Source: Chiloscyllium plagiosum
Taxonomy: Eukaryota
Reading direction: 5' to 3'
DNA: 32,958 nt
NCBI RefSeq assembly: GCF_004010195.1
Contig: NW_025215042.1
Location: 1-32,958, forward strand
The first letter of the stretch is position 1. Every line of letters starts with the position of its first letter. The translations under genes and the position numbers were made by a program. The notes under the pieces were generated by a model, which was not told the DNA's origin, did no database searches, and saw nothing but the letters and a program-made list of their open reading frames with translations. This document shows positions 24,215-32,958 of this stretch, piece by piece.

Positions 24215-24537
24215 TTCGTAGAATCGCTTCTGTGTTGAAAAACGCCATTCGGCCATTTCAGTCCACACTGACCCTCGAAAGAACATTCATCCCAGGTCCA
24301 CTCTGCCCCCGTAACCCTGCATTTCCTATGGCTAATACACTTAGCATACACATCCCTGGTCCCAATGGGAAAATTAGCATGGTCAATGGACCTAAACTTC
24401 CCATCTTTGGAATTTGGAAGGAAACACACGCACAAACAGGGAGAACGTGCCAAGTTGTCGTCCGAGGGTGGAATCAAGCCCAGGCCCCTGGTGCTGTGAG
24501 GCAACAGTGCTAATCACTGAAGCACCACAGTAGCCCC
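24215..24537 (-). mobile_element. HE1-type SINE
   Basis: Reverse complement starts ggggctactgtggtgcttcagtgattagcactgttgcctcacagcaccagggg..gcttgattcc. Confidence 0.85.
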
Positions 24538-24589
24538 ATTAAGCAAGTGCACAATGTATTGGACAATTAATTTACCTGGGGTTGGAGCT

Positions 24590-25215
24590 CTTCGGCTCTG
24601 TCCGTTTTCCTTTACTTTACTTTATTTTTCTCTATCTGTGTATTTTCCTCTCTAACTTGCATCTTTAGGTGAGATTATTCAGTGACGATGGTGGTGACAA
24701 TGTGAGCCCAGCACAGACTCTTGATGGAGGCATCGGAGACGAGTTTGAGTTCCTACTGGCTTCTGTATACAGGAGGTGGGCCGAGCGCTCTCTGATTTTT
24801 GGTCCTGTGGGACGAGTTCGGATTTGCTCTGATGTGTGCGACCAATGCAAACTAACTGAGATGGTGGCAGAGATGAGTGTTGCCCCAGCACGAGACCCGA
24901 TGGCAATGAAGACGGCTGCATTTTCAAAGTAGGCTGGGAGCGAACTGTTGGTGGTGGTGGAGTCGAGTTGGTGCTGATGCAGGATACAGCAAGGACTCGT
25001 GCTAGCAGCCGGGGGAACGGTCTCGGGGCTGCTTCTCCAGTCCGAAGGTAGAACACTTAACATAATCTCCTGGAGAGCTGAAGTTCATTCATTAACTGTC
25101 TTTCTTTGATTGATTTTTCTCTGCTTTAAGATAGGGCCGGTGCATATCAATGCTATACAACACTGTATAAAATATTTTATGCAATACTAATAGTGCAGTA
25201 AATAGGTCAATCAAT
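24590..25215 (+). repeat. Unclassified interspersed repeat (GC-rich core with T-rich flanks)
   Basis: Abrupt composition change; overlapping low-information ORFs on both strands; ends in an aatcaat-type tail. Family not identified. Confidence 0.35.
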
Positions 25216-26925
25216 TAGAATTGACATGCTGCGGTATACCAACGACAGAGAGTGATGTGAGTAGTAGAATAAATAGCGATGCTACAAAAGTATTGATCAG
25301 TATTTTTTTTAAATTCTGTAGCGAGTAATTAACCTTCCGATACTAATAGCGTTGTTCTGTATCTACAAGGCAGTTATCAGCTGTGGGATGGTACGCACTT
25401 ACTTTGCTATATCTATACCTTGTTGTACAGTGGCAGACAGAGAGTTCAACCCGATGTATAAACAGCAGCTAGCTTCATTTCGCATCCCATTTAACAGTTG
25501 GAAAATGCAGTTCAGTCACGACTAATGCAGAATGATACAACAGTGTGGACCAGGCTTCAGATGTCTTACAACAACTCGTCAGTCCTTTTCAAGTGTATAT
25601 GCAAAGTACACAACCTCTAATACCCTGATGAACAGGTCAGAAGATGATTAGGAGGACCACTACTTCCATCACTGAATGCACACCATCCTAAATTACGCAA
25701 ACACTTCACAATTGCTTCACTGTTACTGTTTCAGAATTTTCCGACTTCTTCCAAAGCAGCATCACGGGTGTATCCACACCAGGTGGGGTGGAAACGTTCA
25801 AAAAAGCAACTCACTGTTATTGTTTTTAAATAATTAGCTCTCAGAATTAAATTCGATTGCACAGTGTGCGGTGCCCATGAATATCGATGTAACAATGCTC
25901 CTTTAGCTTGCTTGTGCATTCATAATAGTTACAATTGCCACTACATGTGTCACCACATTTTAGTGATTCGTTGTACGTCATTTCTCTATATTTCGACTGA
26001 AATTAATTAATTCGGTTGATTGCACTATATCCTGTCTGCTAGTGGCAGTAAGTAGACTGTCTTCTATGCTTTTTGGAATGCTTCATGTTCGGCTTCATGG
26101 CCCTCTCAGATTACATTTTTTGCATCCTTTTTGAAGTGGAGTGAAGGCATTTCTGCCCAAATCTTTGCCGTTTCGATTCTTTCAGAAATGTAGCAAAATG
26201 TACCTGGGCCTTGAGAAAATCTAATGGAAAGTAATACGTAACACAGAATAAATAATTGTATTGTTAACAGATAATGTCTGCTCAAATCCATGTTTGGACC
26301 AGAAAGCAGACGATAGAGCCCAATAAGGTCAATACAGGGATTTCAGATTACGAGCTTGTAAGAATTTTTAACTAAGGTAAATTCTTCAAACGATCCTTAT
26401 GATATGTGATGTAGATAGATACGACAGCACATGTCAGGTATTTTAAAGATATTGTCTGTGGAATCTCAACCCACTATGACGTGACCGATCGCTCAAATCA
26501 TCACAAGCTCAGATACCCTGAATAACTCAAACGCCAAACCAATCGTGAAACATGTATGGCATGATGATTTTCTTTTAATGTAGTGAAACCTAATGATGAC
26601 TGGTACTTGCAGACGTCATGGTAAAATAGAATGTAGATACTTGAAAGCTGGACAGCAGCGTAATTGAGGAAAAATGACACTTTCTTAGCTTGAATAGATA
26701 TCAACGTTCTAAGAACTTTGGTTCGATGAAATAAAGGTGATTTCTAGCTCCAAACTAAGTATATTATTAAAAATAAACACAATAAGTAACACCTCATCTA
26801 GTATACCGAAAACGATGAAAGAATATTAGAAATTTTCCGTATTTGTATTTCTGCAGCTTGTGCCATCTTCTCTGAAGGTGTCTTCTGACTGTTGATACAC
26901 ACGGTTTTACACGTTCAAAGACATT

Positions 26926-27181
26926 TCGTACTTATACAAGAACTGGAACTTCGAAGTTCGGTTTAGTTATGTCGTTCTCCACATCGCTCATTGAATGCAA
27001 AAAGAGACAAAGAGAACAACAAATTAAATCGTTTAAGTTTACTTCAAAATAAGTCGTACTTATACAAGAACTGGAACTTCGAAGTTCGGTTTAGTTATGT
27101 CGTTCTCCACATCGCTCATTGAATGCAAAAAGAGACAAAGAGAACAACAAATTAAATCGTTTAAGTTTACTTCAAAATAAG
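26926..27181. repeat. Perfect 128-bp tandem duplication (2 copies)
   Basis: 26926-27053 is identical to 27054-27181 (tcgtacttatacaagaactgg...cttcaaaataag). Confidence 0.95.
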
Positions 27182-28047
27182 TAAGCAAACACAACATAAT
27201 TTGAAACGTATTTTCAGCCATTTCGACAATGTTTGTTGCTTTGTGCAACAAAAGATTTTTTCGCAGCAATTTAGCATTTTCTTAAAGACATCTGTAAAAC
27301 TTTAATTTTCTGATAAGTTAGGCATTAGTAACAATCTCAAATGTTTGACTACCTTCCTGCAGCCTCTGTTCCTGACAGGAATGATTGAGGCTTTTGTCAC
27401 TATTGCTTACTTCTCTGCTTTTGGTTCAGTGTTGTTCATCGTTCCCTGTTATTGATTTCCCGGTGTTTTCCCAAATAATGCGTCATGTTTACTCCGACCT
27501 TTTTCTGGACAGTACTGACACAAGAACGTACCGATATGACTTTTCTGCAGTCTAAGTCATTTCAAATTTTTATTTGAAATGAACATGAAGAGAGTGAAGA
27601 AAACGAAGGTTTCACATTACCCTCAATAAATCTATAAAAGTCAAAGCTGCTTCAAGTGATGGAATAGATTAAGAAAAGTGTATCCTGATCATTGGTAACG
27701 TGGGGATTATATTTTCCAAACAGGACAGTAACAAGACATATGGTCAGCCTTCGCAAGTCATGAACAGATGGTAGGTAAATTGACTGGATAAATAGCGCAT
27801 TGCTTCATGGTATAACACTCACATTAACTAGAATAAATCTGAACGACATCACACATGCAATCAGAAACACAATAGCTCGCACTGAACATCATATCAACTC
27901 AACACCCCGCAACACACAACCCATCACACTCATCGTCAAAATGCAACAACTCATACTCAGCACCACATCACAAATTTATCTACAAAAGCTGAAAATCCCT
28001 GCCCACATCCAGTGCACAACGTCACCAACACAAATCAGCCGCCACAA

Positions 28048-29318
28048 ATAGAACATAGACTAATACAAAGCAGAACAGGCCCTCCAGCCCTCGATGTTGC
28101 GCCAACCTGTGAACTGTTCTCAGCTCGTCCAACTTCACTATCCTATCATCATCCATGTGCTTATCCAAGGGTTGTGTAAAACTCCTTACGTTGGCTGACT
28201 TAACTACGTTGGCAGGTAGGGCATTCCACGCCCTTACCACTCTCTGAGTAAAGAACCTGCCTCTGACATCTGTCTTTAATCTATCACTCCCTAATTTGTA
28301 GCTATGACCTCTCGTATAAGCTGACATCGTCATCCTAGGCAAAAGACCTTCACTGCCAACCCTATCCAATCCTCTTATCATCTTGTATGTTTCTATCAAA
28401 TCCCCTCGTAGCCTTCTTCTTTCGAATGAGAACAGACCTAAGTCTCTCAGCCTTCCCTCATAAGGCCATCCTCCAGAGCAGGCAATATTGTCGTAACACA
28501 CCTCTCCACCTTTTCCAGTACTTCCACGTCCTTCCCGAAATATGGCGACCAGAACTCTACACATTATTTTAAGTGTGGTCGCATTATCTTTTTGCATAGT
28601 TGCAGCATGATATTGTGGCTTCAGAACTCATTTCCACTACCAATGAAACCTAACACAAAGTATGCCTTCTTAACAGCACTATCAACCTGGGTGGCAAATT
28701 TCAGGGATCAATGTATATGGATTACAAGATCCCTCTGCACATCCTCACTACCAAGAATCTTTCTATTGACCCAGTATTCTGCCTTACTGTTATTCATTCC
28801 ATTTGCCACCTTTCAACCCAATTGCGTAGTTTACCCAAGTCCCTCTGACACATGTAACATTCTTCCAACTGTCCACTACTCCACCGACTTTAGTGTCATC
28901 TGCAAATTTAGTAATCCATCCACCTATGCTCTGTCTAAGTCATTTATAAAAATGACAAACAGCAGTGCGCCCAAAGCAGGTCCTTGTGTCATACCACTAG
29001 TCGCTGGACTCCAAACTGAATATTTTCCATCAACCACCACTCGCTGCCTTCATCCAGAAAGTCAGGATCTAACCAAACTGCGAAATCACCCCCAGTATAT
29101 GCTTCTGCATATTCTCCAACAGTCTACCACGTGGAACCTTATCAAAGGCTTTACTAAAGTCCATGTAAACCACGCCAACTGCCCTACCCTCATCTCCATG
29201 CTTGGTCTCCTTCTCAACAAAACTCAATGTGGTTTGTGAGACACGACCTGCTATTGATGAAAACATTTATCTCTTATAATCCTTTCCAAAACGCTTCCAA
29301 CAACAGAGTTCAGGCTCA
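28048..29318 (-). mobile_element. CR1 LINE ORF2 3' part, comparatively well preserved, with internal deletions
   Basis: AVGVVYMDFSKAFDKVPRGRL; RLRDLGLFSFERRRLRGDLIETYKMIRGLDRV..TRGHSYKL..FFTQRVVRAWNALP. Confidence 0.93.
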
Positions 29319-29319
29319 G

Positions 29320-30438
29320 AAGTAAATCTCCATTCCTAATCATAATCTTCTTCTCAGACTCTCCATGAAAGCCAGCTCACCAAGCTTCAGTAACACATCA
29401 CAGAGTTCTTCAATCTCTCAGGCACGGTTTTTCAGAATGTTATATTATTGGCAGCAAAACAGCTGGGTGATGGGCTTGGGAACTTGCTACTGCTTTCTGT
29501 CTTTTTTTAGTGAAAAAGTGACCCAGTGTCAGAAAGAGGACCCAGGTGTACGATGGGTTGTATCACGCGCTGTACAGGATCTCGTTCCCATCCACGTGTT
29601 TGAAAACAGCTGTTGCCACTTTCTGACCCTCAATTAATCTGTTGGAATATTCCTTCCGTTCATCACCAACTCATCCCAGAATTTCAGTCCCGACAATGAT
29701 CTCAGCCTTTTTCCAGTGAATAGAATGCAGCAGCGGGAAAGCTGCTCACCAGCACTGAAAAACCTGGGAGCAGCTTGTGCTGGATTAAACTGCACACAAA
29801 ATCAGACGCTGCACACAAGCGTTCACGATCGGGTACATGACATGACGTTCTGCATTTCTCCGACTATAAGCAAAATCAATGCTACGTTTGAATTCATCCA
29901 AACGATTGGATATAAACATATGTCGTTTTTTCCAGATTTCTCCAAGTACATTCCCAAAGCGAGGTTACTGATCCAGTACCAGGCTTTTCAGATTTATTCG
30001 ATATTTCGTTGCGTTTAAACCCCTGGATTTAAAATTGGAAACAAACAATTCTGTGGGTGTATTTTTCCAGCCGTCCAGTCAGAAACATTTTTTTTTCCAA
30101 TGTAGTTTTTCAAATCCCTGGTTTTCCATTCACTGCTACTGATCTCCCAGACTTAGATTTTGTGTGAGAAAAGTTGCTACCAAACAATTGAACAGCTCCG
30201 ATTTCTTTTTTTCTCTCGTTAATGACAGATATATTTCTCTCCCTATTTTTCAACATCTCGGCCATTTGCCAGCAGTTATGTTCGACAAGTGTCCACTCTC
30301 GGAAAGTAGAAATGATCGCTGATTCAGAATGTCGATCAATCAACTGGAAAATCCTCACTTTCTCCTTTTTTAGGGTAATGCTGTCTCTAAGTGTTTCAGC
30401 TTGGACACACAGAGTCTCCATCTTTTCCTGCTGAACAT
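29320..30438 (-). pseudogene. NLR (NACHT-domain) pseudogene, 5' half of the NACHT exon
   Basis: VQQEKMETLCVQAETLR..FQLIDRHSE..LVEH; Walker A VAVNGKPGI*KTT; Walker B-like MFISNRLDEF; SLIQHKLLPGFSVLVS; EILG*VGDERKEY; AVFKHVDGNEILYSA*YNPSYTWVL; ESEKKIMIRNGDL. Multiple stops and frameshifts; cut off by the CR1. Confidence 0.88.
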
Positions 30439-31064
30439 TTTCAATTGGAACGGATAGACTGTGGTTCTCAAAGTTACTTATGGAAACATCGAAGAAAAAT
30501 AAATTAAAGTCTAAATCAACTTTCATTTGACAATGTAATTTGGCATTGAGTGCACAGATTCAATGTCGGTTGGTGTAGAAACCAAACATCTTCATGAAAT
30601 TGCAACTTGAATGTGAAGTACATTTGAAAATAAAATGAATTCTTCCAATTTTGGTATTACTGAGCATGGAAATTTCCACAAAAACGTTACTGTCCCTATA
30701 ATGGTTAATAAATTATAAGATTAGAAAAGAATTACAATGCATTACAATAATGTTCCATTTTCCATTGAATGAACACTAAAGAAATATGGTTCATAAAAAA
30801 ATCTAAAGTACGTGGATGTTACATCATCATGGAAGACTCAATAGGCCATGAATCATCTGATTCCAGGAGAAATAAGGGTGAGTTTCACATATTAAAGCTA
30901 TTTCAAATCATGAATATCATTACTGCAACGATGAGATGGAGAGTAGAGATGCATTGACAATCATTTGGAAACAGAGGTGGTCAGAAATCAAACTACTGGC
31001 AATGCCCTAGAGAAGTCAAAATGCCAATATTGCTCCGAATGGAATTGGCCAGATAAATACATGA

Positions 31065-31825
31065 ATGAAAGCTGGCTACACGGGAACATTCTAACTTCCT
31101 GGGACGTGCTGCTGAACGCAGTGATGTTGGAGTGCAGTATCTTCGCTCCTTGAAAGAAGAGTGGCAGGTAGATAAGATATTGAAGAAGGCGCTCTGTATG
31201 CTTGCCTTTATTGGTCAGTGCAATGAGTATAGGAATTGGGAGGTCATCTTGCGGCTGTACAGGACGTTGGGTAGTCCACTTTTAGAATACTGAGAAGAAT
31301 TCTGGTCTCCCTGCTACAGGAAGGATGTTGTGAAACTTGAAAGAGTTCAGAAAAAGATTTACAAGGATGTTGCTATGAATGATGGGTCTGTGCTATCGGG
31401 AGTGGTTGAACAGACTGGGGCGGTTTCCCCTGGAATGGCTGATGTTGAAGGATGACCATGTGGAGGTTTATAAAATCATGAGAGGCATGGATGGGATAAA
31501 TAGCAAAGTATTTTCCCTGGGGTGGGGCAATCCAGATATAGAGGGCATAGAGTTGAGACGAAATGGGAAGAATTTAAAAAGGACTTCAGAGGTACGTTTT
31601 TACACGCAGAGAGTGGTGCATGTATAGAATGAGCTGCCAGAGGAGGTAGTGGAGGCTGGTACAATTGTAACATTTAATATGCATCTGAACGGGGATCTGA
31701 ATAGAAAGGGTTCAGAGGGATGTGGGTCAAATGCTGGCAGATGGGACGAGATTTATTCAAGATAACTAGTCAACATGAATGAGTTAGACGGACGTGTCTG
31801 TCTGTGCTGTATATCTGTATGGCTC
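31065..31825 (+). mobile_element. CR1 LINE 3' fragment in the NLR pseudogene intron
   Basis: GLCYREWLNRLGRFPLEWLMLKDDHVEVYKIMRGMD..FYTQRVVHV. Confidence 0.9.
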
Positions 31826-32246
31826 AAATACAGATACACGAAGAAATTTTGAGCTGAATCACCAACTTCCACTTTGAAATGGCAGATGCACAGAGATATG
31901 TTTTTTTTTTATATATAAATATCCTGACAAAATGTGCAGAGAGTTACTCATGATATTGATATTCTCTGTCTAAAATTCAGACACAACAGTGATCAGCGGG
32001 TCCATTTGATGAAATAATTAAACTACCACATATTTAGGGCGAACAGGAGATACTGCGTGAATCCTAAGTTGAATGTATAAAAAATAATTGACAATTGAAG
32101 AATAATCCAACAAATTTGAATCGTGCTCCCCAGCTTCAGAAATTTAGATTATCACAAGAGAAAACTACAAATAAATGGCTGAAATAAAACATTCTGAATT
32201 ACAAAACTGAAATGAACTTTGTTAAGATTTCCACATTGTTAATTAT

Positions 32247-32312
32247 CTTTCCGGTGACTGCCTGTTTTGAATAAACTTCGGATGATATGCCGTAAATGAA
32301 TTGGATCAAAAT
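32247..32312 (-). pseudogene. NLR pseudogene 66-bp linker exon (phase 1-1)
   Basis: Reads FDPIHLRHIIRSLFKTGSHRK+G, which would join the NACHT exon as K-D-V-Q-Q; both splice dinucleotides look mutated (ctg| and |ataatt). Confidence 0.55.
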
Positions 32313-32414
32313 CAGTTCAGATTATTTGAATTTTATTAATCCGGGTCTGTGTAATACTACAGCCAGTATGAAATGCTCCAATCTGGAATTATATTACATG
32401 AGACTTGACTGTAC

Positions 32415-32584
32415 CCTGTTCCTGTATCTCTTCCTGTATTTTACCAACTTTGGCAACCCATGTCATATTTTGACACAGGATTCCCATATCGCCTATTAGG
32501 CCTAAGGCACTTGTCCATCACCAGTTTTAGGAGAAATTTGGAACCATCCACCACCGTTCCCTTGTCCACGAGCTTCGTGAGTTT
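32415..32584 (-). pseudogene. NLR pseudogene N-terminal (death-fold-like) exon
   Basis: KLTKLVDKGTVVDGSKFLLKLVMDK../IWESCVKI*HGLPKLVK/IQEEIQEQG|GT, resembling the N-terminal domain of chondrichthyan NLRs as recalled; frameshifted. Confidence 0.7.
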
Positions 32585-32719
32585 TCATAAAGAATAACCA
32601 TGAATAGATTGGAGTGTTGAGTGAAAAATAAACATTGGGAATGTGGAGGCAAAGATCTCCTCAGAAATGGGATTCCCAGTATTTTGAACTGGAAAGCAGT
32701 CATGCCACCATATCCTGAT

Positions 32720-32958
32720 CTGAAAATGTGTTGCAGGAAAAGTGCAGCGGGTCAGGCAGCATCCAAGGAGCAGGAGAATCGACGTTTCGGGCATAAGCCC
32801 TTCTTCAGGAATGTGGACAGTTTGTCCAGCAGGCTAAGATAAAAGGTAGGGAGGAGGGACTTGGGGGAGAGGCGTTGGGAATGCAATAGGTGGAAAGAGG
32901 TCAAGGTGAGGGTGATAGGTCAGACTGAGGTGGGGGCGGAGAGGTCAGGAAGAAGATT
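32720..32958 (-). mobile_element. Penelope-like element end, running off the window
   Basis: Same terminal sequence as the fold-back elements, continuing into a strongly purine-skewed tract; carries an intact hammerhead core. Confidence 0.75.
32781..32808 (-). ncRNA. Minimal type I hammerhead ribozyme motif, best copy in the window
   Basis: Minus strand CTGAAGA-A-GGGC-TTAT-GCCC-GAAA-CGTC: full core, perfect 4-bp stem II, GUC cleavage triplet. Confidence 0.75.

Noticed and set aside
25300..26900. Possible non-retroviral endogenous viral element (short Cys-rich minus-strand frames)
   Set aside because: The minus-strand frames I translated gave only short frames with frequent stops and no recognisable viral motif; a tBLASTx search would be needed to exclude it fully.
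27800..28047. A/C-rich 83-aa ORF, possibly the N-terminal part of a Penelope ORF
   Set aside because: No diagnostic motif; too weak to call.
28592..29239. 215-aa plus-strand ORF
   Set aside because: Antisense to CR1 reverse transcriptase.
30439..30526. N-terminal part of the 138-aa minus ORF
   Set aside because: Appears to be intron read-through upstream of a mutated acceptor; NLR similarity starts at VQQ.

Overview
Eukaryotic, repeat-rich vertebrate DNA. The repeat families and gene types point to a cartilaginous fish, most likely a shark; this is inferred from recalled family motifs, not from a database search. Contents: (1) a decayed class I (gamma/epsilon-like) endogenous retrovirus pol at about 35-2870, whose RNase H is interrupted by a ~460-bp diverged copy of the segment that lies downstream of pol; (2) one apparently intact two-exon class A GPCR gene of the GPR139/GPR142-like type on the minus strand (exon 1 16962-17028, missed by the ORF track; exon 2 13892-14802); (3) an unprocessed NLR (NACHT) pseudogene on the minus strand, with three recognisable exons at 29320-32584; (4) many CR1 LINE fragments and tRNA-derived HE1-type SINEs; (5) a recurring set of short, often fold-back, Penelope-like terminal elements carrying minimal hammerhead-ribozyme cores (CUGANGA...GAAA...NUH), several flanked by target-site duplications; (6) a perfect 128-bp tandem duplication. 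Repeat boundaries are approximate and were read by eye.
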